From Ramazzottius varieornatus (taxonomy: Eukaryota > Animalia > Tardigrada), in contig BDGG01000012.1 in NCBI GenBank assembly GCA_001949185.1, forward strand, positions 1,356,973-1,420,972: a stretch of DNA of 64,000 nucleotides, read 5' to 3'. The notes under the pieces are model-generated. The model did no database searches. It was not told the DNA's origin and saw nothing but the letters and a program-made list of their open reading frames with translations. The position numbers were made by a program, and so were the translations under genes. How positions within the stretch are numbered: position 1 is the first letter of the stretch; each line of letters begins with the position of its first letter. Positions 38,159-52,956 of the stretch are shown one piece after another.

Positions 38159-39180
38159 TTTGCTGAACCGTGTCACCCAAGGGAAGCTGATGTTTTGCCC
38201 TCAGGGGTAACGTGCACGCTTAAATCAAAACATCATCTTGTGCATGTGCGTACTGTTTGCACATGTGTCTGGTTCTATCTATTGTATGCAAGTGTGTGAC
38301 TCACCGTCTGAATTTGCGCAGCACGCGCGAAGTAAACACATGAGCAACTTAAATTTTATCTCTTCTCCCTGCGGAATGCGGATTCTCCGATTTTATCTCC
38401 AGATCTCAAGATCGCTCCTCTGACACGGCACTCGGACGTGTAGTGTTGACGGAAGGATCAGTGGAGGATAGTTTGGGGAAACGGACAAGCTAGTTTAGGA
38501 GTGAAGACGGGACGCGACCAAGCATGGACCCGTGGTTGAGTTGGAAGCTCTTCTTGTTCAAAGCTCGCGCCACATCGTGATCGTGACGACGGGTAGATCT
38601 TTTATCGATCTTCGACGGTGCTTGTGATCTCTCTGCGTTGCAGGCAGGCCTGGCTCTTTACACACATCGACAGCTCGTTCTCCGTTTTAGTAGCACATCC
38701 ACATCGAAGGGAGAGACGGAGATCTTGGCGTTTGAGAGTTTCACGACTCTATCTCTAGCTCTGCTGCTGCCTGCTGATAAAGTAACTCATCGTTCTTTCT
38801 CTATACATCCAGCGTGGATAAGAGTTGCCCACATCCATCCATTGCGAGTCGACACGGATGTAGTCGAGGCTTATGGAATATTGCTGTGATGGCTTTTGAT
38901 TTGCAAGCGAACTGGATTACACATGCCATTGCCGAAGCTGCACTGACTTGACTGCGGGAAGAATCATCTGGACCGTACATCGCGGAAGAGCTCTCCTCCT
39001 TTATTGTTTACGATATTGCAGATTCCCCAGTCGAAAATGTTGAATCCTTTGAAGAATGATCATCAACCCTCCATCACCAACTAGCTTACCAATACGAACC
39101 TTCTTTGATGCTTTGTTCACACTCTTCCTTGGATCTTAGCAACCCGTGTTACAACTACATATTCATCCAGTACCGTCAAT

Positions 39181-42100
39181 ATGGCCGACCTGGAGGCCGT
39201 CCTGGCCGACGTCTCCTACCTTATGGCCATGGAGAAGAGCAAGCAATCACCCGCATCCAGAGCCAGCAAGAAGATTGTCCTACCAGATCCCAGGTATAGT
39301 TCTTCCGCACCGTATGTTTACTTACATAAGAAATGCCCGCATGACGTCCCTGTGTTTTAGTGTTCCATCAGTTTCAATCTACATACACAATTCCTTCTCT
39401 ATTGAGCATAATTTAGTGTTTGCATTACAGTGTACGGAGCGTCATGCACAAACATCTGGAGAAAATGGGAGAGGTAGGTTGATTGGGAAATCTGAACGAG
39501 TTCGCTTCAAAGGACGTTCAGGTAACCTTACTATGCAGTATTGATACACGCTGTGTTCTTGTAGGTTACCTTTGACAAAATTTTCAACCAGCAGATCGGT
39601 AAGTTTGTTCGAGTTTTCGTCCGGAGTTACGTAGAAAGCAGCATCGAGGAGGTTGTGGTCGGGTAAAGTTAGTTTTCCTGAATCGATATGACGGTAAATG
39701 CAAAGACATTCCTTTGTGCTTTGCGAGTGTAGACTGACTAACTCATGCAGTCAGGGTTCGCGAAAACGTATCGAGCGAGCGGATACGTCTGACTGCTGTC
39801 CAGGTGACAGTTAGGAAATTGATTGTTGGCCTAAACATCGTTATGGCAGTTTGACTGTCATTCCTTCTTGTTAAATTTATGTAGTACCAGAAGCTGAGGA
39901 AAAAGAGAAAGGAGAAAGCCGTACCTTGCCTAACGATACATACATGCATGTAACGTTCGCATGATCTTTGCACATCGGCGTCAAGACCAAGACAGCTGTT
40001 TAAGTGTAAAAGTGCCTCTAAGCAAAGGCACCGTTCGAATCGGCCAGACTCTTAAAGTGATCCTCCCTCGTTTTCCTCTCATCAACATGCGACAAGTGTG
40101 CCGCAATGAATGCTGGAGTCGAGCGTAGAGACAGTTGTTCCAAATGGGTCTTTGCCACATGAAATACTTATGATGGTAGTGCAAGTTGCACAAGGGACGG
40201 AAGGAAGGAAGGAAGTAGCGGCTAGTCAATTTAACTGCCTGTAGGCGTTGCGTAGATTTTCCTCCTTTATCTTGGGTTCTCCATGAACAGCACGCTTTGA
40301 CAAGGGCTTTCGTGAAAAAATTTTCGTAGCCAAACGTAATCAGCATTCACTAATCATCCTGCAAGCTCGTATCACGCAACTTTCATCCCGCTCGCCTCGG
40401 CGCAACGGGAGATTGTCAGGCCCTCTTCATCGCGGGAAGCTCGCTGACTAACCAGCTTTTCCTAGTTATAGATGCCATAACAGCCCGCGTCAAGACTCAA
40501 AAGCGGCTGTACTCCATCATACTATAGTTGCGTCGAACTCCGTCAGAATGTACGGCAAGAAGGAAAGTTTAAAGTGATGCCAGCAGCCAAAGTCGTTTTC
40601 TCACCATGTCTCATCCAATTTACTCCGACGCTTTCTCGCGCACACCATTTTTCACAGTCTGAAACACCCACATACTATTGCGAAACATCCCATGAAAGTT
40701 TAAGGTTGAACAGACTGAAATGTTTATTAGAGCTGTCAGAGAAGTTTCTCGAGGTTCCGATGGGGAACTAGTGAGGAATCGATAGGTCCAGTCCGGAGAT
40801 GCTCTTCGGAGATTGCGGAGGCTACGGTCACGTATCGCGCAATGGAACTTGACATGAAGGGTAATACCATAATTGCGGCGTCAATCTTTTTTTTGCGGGA
40901 GAGAGTTGATCATGCAGTCTTGTGCAGCCTATTCTGCGGGAGAGCCCTAGCGTTGATTTTTTCTTCCTTGGAGAATAGCATCGTGCTTTGGAGGAGACGC
41001 TACATGCACCGCCGATTAGATACCTGCCTTGCTTTGTGCCGATACCGAAGAGCTAACTTTGTCTTTTTTAGTGTCAGCCAGGGACGCAACATGTTATACG
41101 ATAGTCATGTTGGCGTGCGCCGACAATAAAAAAAGAGGGCCGATCGATAGTGTTTTACGCGCAGTCATACCAGACGTTGTGCCGTATTTTGCACTATGTC
41201 AATAAAGCCAGTGGCACTTGCAATCATGCAGGATCTGACATGTCCAAATGACTCCAGTATATCCTCCTGCACAGAACCTCAATATCGCGCTATAGATCTC
41301 CACAATCCCGCCGTTCTACGCCATCCTCTATCGCAGTGAAATAAAAAAAACATCATCGTCAAAGAACATGAAATTCAAATGTCGTCTGCCTACGACCAAT
41401 TGAAAGTAATTTCCTGGTGCGGCTAATCGCCGCCGCCCTCACGTCAATAGTATATAGTTCCTTGCTGAAAATCAGAGAGGTACAACTCGATAAACTGTAT
41501 CCGTCAGCACCGTGAAAATACTATGTCGCGACCTAGCTATTTAGAAGGATCTTTCGGGATAGAATATTCCGCGTCTTTGCACGTGTACGCACCAGGAAGA
41601 CAAAAACATTTGTGTGACTCACCCAGGGCTGTTTTAACGGTGATGTTCCTTTCCTCTTGCAGGTTACCTACTGTTCAAGGACTTTTGCGAGAACCTGCAA
41701 ACTGAAAATGTGCCTCACCTCAAGTTCTACGAAGAGGTAAGAAAAAAACTGTCGTTCCGTTTAGGCGGCATACCGAGAGGCTGTGTACGAAGAGCCTTTC
41801 AAACGATACGAGGATGGTGCTCGTGCTCGAGGTCTTGTTCAATGAGTGCGACGTTCTTTCACGGCAGTTAAGTTAAGGTCCTTCAAGAGGCCTATATTTT
41901 TATTCTTTCGTGTCATCCTAGTTGGCATCGGCTGAGATTGTACTTTGATTTCAGCGGGAGGCTTTGAGCCTTCGACGATCTTGCACGAGTTCAGGGTCAA
42001 CGAGCCAACTTTGAACGTTCTTTTTCTTTACTGGATCGTTGAAGCACTTGGAGGAGTAAGTGATGTAACGAGTTTTGTGTGTTTTGCAGATAAAAAGGTA

Positions 42101-45100
42101 CTCGAAGATGGAAACTCCGGAAGAAAAGCGGAAAGCAGCAAAGGAAACCTACGATCAGTTCATCATGAAGGAGTTACTGACGTGCACGCATGTAAGTGGG
42201 CAGTTTTCTGTGTCAATGTTGTCCTACACAAATTCGCTTTTGATCGGTGGGTCTGACCATCTTTTCTTTTACAGCGGTTTTCGGAAGAATCGGCTGAACA
42301 TGTACAGAAATATTTGATGAGGGGTGATACGCCAAATGATCTCTTTGACGTAAGAGAATGCCGCCTACAACAATCTTCCCTATCTTTGCGTAATTTTCGT
42401 TGACTCTATTGCAGCCGTATTTGGAAGAGATTTACGAGTTCCTGAAAACTAAGTTATTCCTCAGATTCCTTGAAAGGTACATTAAGCTGTCACTCTTCGA
42501 CTTTGCGGTTGAGGGTTTTGTAACGAACCGCGTTTCTTTTGCAGTGATAAATACACCCGGTTTTGCCAGTGGAAAAACCTGGAGCTCAATATACAGCTCA
42601 CAATGAACGACTTTAGTGTGCATCGAATCATCGGTCGCGGAGGTTTCGGCGAAGTTTATGGCTGCCGGAAGGCAGACACGGGGAGGATGTAAGTGCCTGT
42701 GGAAGTACAAACGTGAGAGTCGTCGTTACTTATGTTACGTGTCCCTGTCTCAGGTACGCCATGAAATGCTTGGACAAGAAGCGCATAAAGCTAAAACAAG
42801 GTGAAACGCTGGCGCTTAATGAGCGTATCATGCTGTCGCTAGTCAGTACGGGGGTAAGTGTGTTTGTCGGCGTTAATAGGGCTCTCCCACATCAAGTCCT
42901 GATTTGGTATGCTTTTATTGCAGGATGGTTCGCCGTTTATTGTTTGCATGACGTATGCCTTTCAGACGCCCGATAAGCTTTGCTTCATACTGGATCTAAT
43001 GAACGGTAATTCGATGAGGATAGACAAGCTAGCGAGCCACTTGAACTTTCACTGGAAATACTAAGGAACGGGGAATTTGGCAGACAAACTCGACCAGATC
43101 GTTCTCCCAAGTAGCGCACCTTCCAGCCGATATCACTGATAACGTGCGCCACTTGGGCAAACAATCTGGTCAAGTTTCTTCGCGATCTCCCAACCATCCG
43201 TAGTAATTTTCCGGTGATCGACTGGGTGGGTTTTGGAAGATAATCCCCTCTAGTTTTCGTTATGTGCGATTGCCGATTATCCGTCGAGTACGGGAGCTTT
43301 CTTCAGGTGGCGACCTCCACTACCATCTTTCTCAGCATGGTGTCTTTACGGAGCAGGAGATGCGCTTCTACGCGTCGGAGGTTATTCTAGGACTAGAGCA
43401 TATGCACAGGCGCTCCGTGGTGTATCGCGACCTCAAGGTATGTCAACATTGTGATACAAAGAACCGATCCAGGCTGTATGGCCTTTCTGAAACCGGAAAT
43501 ACAGTAGTGCTATGGGTCGTGATGATGAATTGAATTGTCAAATCAGCGTTTTTTCTTCTTTCTCTTTCTGCCATGTAGCCTGCCAATATTCTCCTGGATG
43601 AACACGGCCATGTCAGAATATCCGACTTGGGATTAGCCTGTGATTATTCCAAAAAGAAGCCCCATGCCAGTGTCGGTACACACGGATACATGGCGCCTGA
43701 AGTACTTGCCAAGGGTGTCGCCTATGACGCCAGTGCCGATTGGTTCTCCTTGGGATGCATGCTTTACAAGCTACTCAAAGGGTATGGGGGACATTTAAAG
43801 TTCACCGTCCTTGAATATATTCTGTCAACTTTAAGTTCGAAAGGCATTCAAATAGAAACGTCACAACTTGCATGTACCCACATACTCCTTTACAATGGCT
43901 GATATGTGGTAATGTGTATGCATGTACATGAAAGTTGACCATTTTACATATTTTTTCAGTTTCAATCGATTTGTATGTTTTGCAATCACAGTCAATCATG
44001 TTTGCAGTCACAGTCCCTTTCGGCAGCACAAAACCAAAGACAAGCAAGAAATTGATCGGATGACGATGACGCAGGTGTGTGTGTGTATGTATGTGTGTAA
44101 TCGGTCCAGCTAGTCTCTGTATAGTGCGGTAAGCTCTTCCGGTCATTAGCATGTCGTTAAAAAAGTGCTTCACTGTTATTTATAGGACTTTCAAGGCCTG
44201 GAGTTGCCCGATAGCTTCACACCCGAGCTGAAGGACCTATTAGAGTCTTTGCTGAGACGCGATGTGCATGATCGTCTGGGATGCGTCAGCCGAGGTGCCG
44301 ATGAAGTGAAGGAACACGCCTTTTTCCATGGAATTGACTGGCATCAAGTCTACCTGCAGAAGTACCCGCCGCCTCTGATACCACCGCGAGGCGAGGTTAA
44401 CGCAGCCGATGCCTTCGATATTGGCAACTTCGACGAGGAAGATACCAAAGGAATTAAGGTTAGACCGCGTGGCGAAAAGTGCTGTAAGGGAGCATACAAG
44501 TACTAAGTGAGCACCCGGCGGCATGAATGGATCAAGGCCGGCTTCAATTCATTTCCTTTGATGGGTGGGGGGGGATGGTGCCTTTGATCTTTGCTTACTT
44601 AATACTTGTATGGTCCCTAATCTCGATTGGTTAATAATCAGTGATGTGTAATCTGACGGTTAATGAAGCGCTGGAACATCAGTTCTAGTTCTGCTAAGTG
44701 TCAGCAGAATGCAATCAAAATTGGGCAAGGCAGATCTGTTGGAAAAAATCGTGAGAAATCAGAGCAGTTACTATGTAAGTTAATCTGGAAGGCCTAAAAA
44801 TATGATGTTTGTATGTTTGTTGGACAAACAAGTCGTACAGGTTCGTTGTCTTGAGTGGCGAGAACGTGCGCCACTTCAGATGACGATCTTGTACGTTTTG
44901 TTTGCCAGCCTCCCATATGAGCAAATGAATTAAAAATTTTCCGATTTATTTCCAAAGTATCACTTTTCAATGAACTTTAACCGTACAACAATATTTCGTG
45001 CTCTGAAAATTCTGTTTTTGTTCTTGACAGCTGACAGAAGGAGATCAAGATTTGTACAAGAATTTCCCGCTGGTGATATCGGAGCGATGGCAGCAAGAAA

Positions 45101-46081
45101 TCACAGAGACAGTATTTGAGCTTGTGAACCAAGAATGTGACAAGGTCGAACAGAAACGCAAAAGCAAACAACGATCAAAGCAGTACGACCTGGACGAGAA
45201 GTCTTCGGACTGCATACTGCATGGTTACGTCAAACGACTGGGAGGACCTTTCAGCAGTCAGTGGCTGCAACGCTATGCAAAGTTATTCCCCAACCGCCTG
45301 GAGCTCCATCAGGAGAACGGTAAACCTGAGGTACGTAGGGTATTTTGACTTTCCGTCGACAAACACCAGTGGGCCACCGATAGCGGTGTGTAACATGATT
45401 TCGGGCGTTATTTTTAGATGGTACTGATGGATGAGATGGTCGATGTCAGCTCGGATTACCAGTCGGTCAAAGGAGAACCGTCCATAATACTCAAAACCAA
45501 AGACGGGAATCGCATTGTGATTGCTAATCAGGTAATGAAATTTTTAAGAAAACATCCACAAGAAATCTAGGGAGTTTTTCCGAAATGAAACTTGGGAGCT
45601 GGATAATCAGGATGAACAAGCCGTACAAAACAGTTATTTTGAGTAGCGCACTCTTCCAGCCAGTAATAATGAGGTCGTGCGCCACTTGACATAACGATCT
45701 GACCGTTTTGTTTGCGCAGCTCCCACTTCGAAATAAGCGTGTAGCTTTTCCAAATGAGAAGGGTTTACTTGTGGTGCTGGGGAATCATGCAGGAAAATAT
45801 TTAGACGCAGTTGTTGCTTGTTTTTGTAGGATGACATTGGTTTAAAAGAGTGGGCTCAGGCACTTCGCTCAACGTTCCGTGCCTGCCAGGAGATATTAGG
45901 CGGAGCTGCCAAAAAGGCCAACAAGATTTACGGAGCCATTCAAGATGGTTCCTCCATGTTTGGCGTGGTGAACTCTGGAATGTCCACCTCGCAGACGTCG
46001 CCGAACCATGTGGGAAACCTGACGTCGTCCAACTCTCGAACGGCTCTGGTGCAGCGAGGGTCCAGCGCTGATATCGCCTGA
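39181..46081 (+). CDS. GRK2: G protein-coupled receptor kinase of the GRK2/3 (beta-ARK, Gprk1) class
   Basis: [22 protein letters not shown]-terminus, RGS domain, kinase [52 protein letters not shown] tail [15 protein letters not shown] and PH domain. About 15 exons with a ~2-kb intron ~39598-41662; stop TGA 46079-46081. Confidence 0.97.
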
Positions 46082-47209
46082 CAAAACGGTCGCCGATGCG
46101 CTTTCTGTCCTTGTGCGGCGTTCCCCAGACACATTTGTTGACAGCACAATCATCTTCTTTTTTGCTTTAACTTTCATTTGTATGCCTCCCCCCACTTTCC
46201 CCCTGCGTCACCAATGCAGAAAAGCCGCGTCGGCGACGGTTCTTGGGCGATCCATGTTCGGGTCTTCTGGAAACTCCCGAGTTTTGCTGTTGGGAGGAGC
46301 TTACCTGGTGAAGATAGATGAAAGATCTGAAGGACGAATCTCTCTCTCTCTTTCTCTCGTTGATTCTTTTAGTTTAAAACTTTGAACGAACTCTTCTTGT
46401 TGTTTCAATAATTTTAGTCGTTGTTCAGGACGTTGTAGGACATTTTTGTTGTCCGCGATCGTTGAATGTTCTTTTTTAGCGAGCGCACCTCTTCACCAAA
46501 GGCAAGAAGCTGTATCCGGCTACAGATTAGATTTTAGCAATTTGATATTTTACCTTACCCGGTATGAACGAAATTCAAATTTTTATTTATTTCTATGTAA
46601 ACACTTATGCTCCAACATTTTTTCAGTACATGGTCTTGGTATGTCATCGTTTTCGCCTTGGACAAACATGGCTGGTGATATGATGATATCAGGCCCGAAA
46701 CCAAACAGCCACGCATACTGAACCTGCATGAACCATGAACCTACATACTTACGTCTCGATCTCACTGATCTAATCAAAGTACGCAGGTGGCTGAAAAGAA
46801 CTACAATTCGTCGGCCGGTCTTCACAAGAAACAAGAACGAACGGAGCCGCATCGGACGCGGCGGTAGCCCAGTCTTGTTAGGTACAAGTTCATACTTCAC
46901 AGGGTGTACTGTAGAGGGTGGCATAAAACAGGCAGATATGCTTCACGGTATCCAGGAAAAAATCGAAGCGTGGCAAACGTTAACCTTTCGGCAATCGGCG
47001 CACGTGCAACTGTATTTCCATTAGTGCAATATACGGCGGTTCAATTACCGTGTCAATTTAAGCAAAGCGCTGCAAGCTCAGAGACCCCGTCACTCGCACG
47101 TTATGGATCCATCAATGCCCCATGCAGCGATTTTATTGATTCTCTCTGTTTCTATTCCCCGGCAATGTGGCAGAATGGGATTGGTTCATCGAACCGCATC
47201 CCTTTCGAG

Positions 47210-48173
47210 TTACAGTTCATCTTTGAAGGAATGTAGGATATTGTTACGGTAGAGTAGCTCCTGCTTCTTCACGTCCGATAACTTCCCGGTCGCTAGCTTG
47301 TCCAACCTCGCAATCTCTTCATTGACAAAGTTCCTTCCCTTTTCCAGTGTTTTCTTCATAGTATGGATGTATATTTTAGCGTTCTTCTTTGCGGTTTCGT
47401 CCATCATCTCAGAGACCTTGTTCTCGGCTTCGGCTAGGAAACCGCGCTTCTTGCCTTCGTCTTCCTCCATCATGAAAAGCCGGGCTAGTTCATCGAACTC
47501 TTCGATGCAAGCCGATAACCCAATCCATACTCCTGTAACACAATTTCGATCTTTGGAAATCTAACCAAAACTATTTTCTTCGGACATTTTACCTCCTCGG
47601 GTTTTCAAGAACCGCTTGATTTCATCCGCTTGCCAGTTGCCCGTGTAGTTTATGGGTTCCGGGTTACCTCGGATGAAGAGCTTCAGCTGTGGGTAATCAT
47701 CTTTCCCCACTCCGTACTTTTCAGCAAGGTCCATGTTTCTCTTCTCTCCGTAATCTAAACAAAAATAACAGTGAGCGCGTGATAATCTCACGTCTAACGA
47801 GGAGGGGTACTTCTGTCTCACCAGCAGCATTAACTTCCGCGATGAGAACGTCCTTGTTGGTATGCGCAGCTTCGGCAACCTTGATGTACTCGTCGTGTTT
47901 GTCCCCATAAGGGAAAACGCGGTCGAATTTCACAGCAGCTACCCGGAAGTGCGGCATGATCTGTTTGGAAAACAAAAACGAAAACATGAAACCGAGTTCC
48001 ATCCTTCATCAAACTCTTGAACATTTCGAGAAAGGGAAGTACGTACTACATACCTTGTCCCACGTCCATATATCCAAAGGTACCGATCCTTTGGCATCTT
48101 TGGTCTCCACTTCGTTCAGGCCGACCAGAGCCACACATAATGTGGCAAGCCACATTTGCATGGTAGACTCCAT
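47210..48173 (-). CDS. ERP29: ERp29 / windbeutel ER chaperone
   Basis: Signal peptide, KGSVPLD..VKFDRVFPYGDKHDEY, DYGEKRNMDLAEKY..YP, C-terminal helical D domain ending NILHSFKDEL. Confidence 0.93.
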
Positions 48174-48807
48174 CGTTTCAAGAAAGACCAACGTGACAGC
48201 AAAAACTGGAAGCCAAAAGTGTTCCTCGCTTTGCTACCTGGATCGTTTCGCCGTTTGTCTACTAGAAATTGTGAACCACAGCTCAAACGGCCTACCGAGA
48301 CAACAACGTACGTCGTGCTATAACCGTTCGCGAAAGAGGCAGATTATCGGAAATCCATATGACCCGTACAGGCTGAGCGCGCACCTCCACTCTTACGGCC
48401 CGGAAGTACACACCACAAAGTCACAGACCGCGCGATGGGGAATCAGGTGGGTCTCATCGACGGTCATGGGGAAAGCAGATTTTCCGTTATATGGAAGGGA
48501 AAAGCTCCAGTATTATTATTCGATCTGGAGTAGATGGTCCATGCTTTACATTCCTTTATGCTCACACTAATCTGATCTGCAGACACACAGCGATACGGCT
48601 CTTCGACTGCGTAAAATGGTCCGTCTGATCAGCTGAACATCAGGGACCCGTACTTCAAAGCACATACATAATTCTCTCGCTATGCCAACAATAAAAAACA
48701 TTCGACGATTTACGATGGTTTGCTAAAAAAGGCTTTACAAACAATATGCCGTGGAAGAAGAATACTGCTATGTCGGTCGAAGCTATGCATCTTACCTGAC
48801 CGTGATC

Positions 48808-49385
<578 letters not shown>

Positions 49386-50039
49386 TCACAAGCTGCGATA
49401 ACTCCTCTATGGATACCACAATTGGCTGCTCGTGCGCCAGACCGAAATCGTCTTCCTGAAATCTTGAGTAGAAACAAACGCTTAGGCTCGACTCGGAATC
49501 AGATCAAGAATGCATGGGATCGGTGAGAATTTCGATTAATTACGAGGAGTTAAGTGGCGATCGGATTTGTTTTGGTTTCACTGTTTTAGCTGCATGCCAG
49601 TCGGTCATGTCAGATTATTAATACGTTCTCGTACATAGCTGACATAACATAGCGTTTCGCTGCATGGCCATGGGGCCCAGTCGAACCACCGCCCAATGCG
49701 CCCATTTTGTTCAAATTCCTCCATGCGACTTACAAATACATCATCAGTTCGTGTTAAGTAACACAACCGGTCCATAAGCTCGATTCGTTACTTGGAACAT
49801 GAGAGAAACATATCGAACGACGCGGAGGGCAGTGTCGAACGTCGAATGAGCTATATATTCCAGAAATCCTTCGGTGAACGTTTGCGATGAGAGGTCCACC
49901 GGCAGACGAGAGCTGCGTCTTTTTGAGATTTTTTCCAAATTGAAACCATGCTTTTCAGTATCACAGTGACCTTGAAGCTGCCTTCATACGGAGCAGAGCC
50001 GACAAAAGGATCTCAGTTATGCAATCGAAGCCGACAAAA

Positions 50040-51994
50040 TCAGATACGGATGCTTTCTTTCGGTCCGTCGATATGGCTCAGCCTCAAATAAACATCTGTC
50101 CCGACTCCTTGTAGACTTTCTAATTTTAAGGAACCTCCCAGGAATTCAGCATAGGCTCGAGATGTTGGCAGACCAAATCCATACCTAGAAGGGCGGTAGC
50201 CAGCTCGCTATGCGTTGTAAGAACGAGCGGGTTCGTAGTGTGAATGATTAACGTACCCATGCATGGGACCTCGTGTCGCTCCCGGATTAGTCAAAGACAC
50301 AAAGTCGTCCATGTATCCGCCATCTTCTTTCCGGCTGTCAGAGTAGAACAATGAGGCGGTAGTGTAATGATAGTCCATTATGTGCGGAAGGTGCTGATGC
50401 TCAACCCCACATCCTCTGTCTGAGATTCGAACAACGAAGTCGATGTCGTTGTTGGCCAAGGTTACATGGATACTCGGTAGGGTTTCGCCCTCTTCATTCC
50501 AGTGGTGTTCCACTGTGGCCCTAGATAGAGTGATCTTAGGACATTGGGTTGCTGGTTCATTGAGAGCACTCACTCGTCATACCTCATCGCATTCTTGAAG
50601 AGCTCGGGGAGGATGTAGTCCAGCGGCTGGACGATATAGGGGAAGGTCGCCGAGACATGTCCACTTATCTTTACTTGAGGAGCCTTTCCGTACTTGTTCA
50701 GGCAAAGATCCCTGTAATCAGGTTAAAGTGACTTTGCGCTGCTCCGCCCGGTCGGCACCTCTGAATTCTGAATGTACCTCGTAAACTCTGCCCACCGTTC
50801 AACCGTCTTCCGGAGATTCATGTTGATATTTATGATACCGATGAAGTTTGGCCGGTCCTCATGAAGTGCAAGGTGCTGCTCCGCTAATAATCGTATACCC
50901 AGTCTGGACTTTAACGTTCGGTCCAAAAATTCCTTGAGTGAGCCATTCTGAAATACAAAGGAGTGCAGACCAGTTAGAATGTATCCGATAGCGCAGAAAT
51001 TGAATCAAAGTCAGACATCAAAGTGGTTCCCTGCTTATTACCGGCATGTATTTCCGCGAGTCTTTGAAGCCTTCCGCCAAGGTTGTCACGACGTTCCGAA
51101 AGTCATCCAGAAGAGCGCTTACAACTTTGCTGTACTTTTGCTCACCGTCAAAGTTTTCGATCTGCAACACGTCAACTCATACTGTGTTCAAAATCTCTGA
51201 ACCAAAGTTGAGAGCCGCCGGAACCTCTTACCGGCGAAAACTTGTTGAGTATGTGAAAAGCCCGGACGTACAGCTGAGAATTCGAAGGAAATATTAAACT
51301 TATTGCAATCTGAAACCACAGTCAACAAAAAAAACAAAAGCTTAATACCTCGTGGACTTCCGCTATGGATTCATCGCATCCTACAACGAACGGAAGTTGC
51401 CTGAAGTCCGCAACGCGGTGAGCCAGTCGTACCTGGAACCAACACGAAAGTAGAGCAAATCTCCGCCGCAACGGCAATGTACGGCCGTGACCAACGAAAA
51501 TCCCCATACCGGAAGTTCCCGGTGAAGATACTGGGCGGACGTCTGCAAAGACAGAACGCTCGTTCGACCTAGTTCAAACGTATCCTTGCAGCTTAAACAA
51601 TTGATGCAGGTACAAACTTACGAGAATATGGCTCTTTCCGTCTGAACTTTTCCCGGAATAAAGTAGCGTCGAGGGACTTATGCGAACTTGTTGCTGGAAG
51701 AGAGCCACCTAGTTACACCGTTACAGCACTCATGCAAGACAATTATTATTGTTGGAACCATTATTATCGATATTTTTTATGAGGTTATAATCTTCGTATT
51801 GATAAGGAGTAACAATTATGTCTTACCTTTGCAGCCGCTTCGTCCAAAGCAGGGTCGTTGAACCACGTGGACTTCGGACCATACTTGGTTCTCTTGTCAA
51901 AGAGCTCTGGTGGGATATTCGATACCATTCTCCTCTTCACAGAGTTCCACAGCGTTGCCGAGACTTCCAGCCTGGTAAGCGACAAGCCTTTCAT
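50040..51994 (-). CDS. BCKDK: Branched-chain ketoacid dehydrogenase kinase, mitochondrial
   Basis: [74 protein letters not shown] and [30 protein letters not shown]; stop TGA 50040-50042. Confidence 0.93.
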
Positions 51995-52956
51995 CGTGCC
52001 AGATTATAATGACTTGATATCAAATCAACGGACTGAAATTTTATATGAACCGATGTCCTGGATGCAAGTAGGCAACTTCGTGATTCTGCCCGTCCAAGGT
52101 TCGCACCAATGTCCAAGTATCAGCAACACCCGAACCAGCAACACTATAACACTTTCTGTTTGCCGGAAAACAAAGTATAACACGCTGCAGTGCTAGACGA
52201 ACATTTCGAAATAACATTCTGTGTACGGTAGAAATCCGAGAATGCACAGCATCAACAATTTATCCCTCCCCGAGTGCGTGATTCATCTGCAGGCCATCGT
52301 ACCCAGACGTACAGCTGCATGGCACGACTGACAACCGCATGATGTCGAACATTCATAACCATACATCTGATGATTAATATTTTGTCCGTCTATAAACATA
52401 CGCGTGCTGGGCGAGTGCTTCTAGAAACCAGTTTCCAACTCGTGCCATAAGGTCGTTGTTGCTCCAGCTTCCGAACAACCGTCAGTTATGGTATGCCTAT
52501 TAACCCAAATGTTCCGACCGAATGATGCCACGTCCCCCACGTGAAAACTGTGAAGTTCGAGGAGAACATTACCGGTGAAGGCGTGAACTTCGAAAAAAAA
52601 CCGCAAGACGAAGCGAAAGGAAATTCGTATAAAATATGGGATGCCACGCCCAGTTTCTGCGAGAAATATTCACACACGTCCCAGCAGTCCAACATGCAAA
52701 TGATGGAGTAATCAAGAGTATCAAAGCACAATCAAAAGGCCGCAGAAATATTATCCCCGCCTGGGCTACCTATATACTTATCACACCAAAAATCGCAACA
52801 AGGAAACAAGTAAGTTGAAGGATCGTACACAACAAAGCAAATTGATCAAACTGGAGAAGAGCTGCTGCGCTGTCGGTCGACACTCGATACTGAAAGAGAT
52901 TCTAGAGGAACATGAAATTATGAAAAGCAAAACGAAGCAGGTTTAGTAACTTTAGT

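Noticed and set aside
39743-41600. Short ORFs in the 2-kb GRK2 intron
   Set aside because: No homology cues or consistent exon structure; treated as intronic.
44563-44580. G-rich run as a G-quadruplex element
   Set aside because: A single short homopolymer in an intron; insufficient evidence.
47956-48570. 204-aa plus-strand ORF
   Set aside because: Overlaps ERp29 exon 1 and its promoter in antisense; composition looks non-coding.
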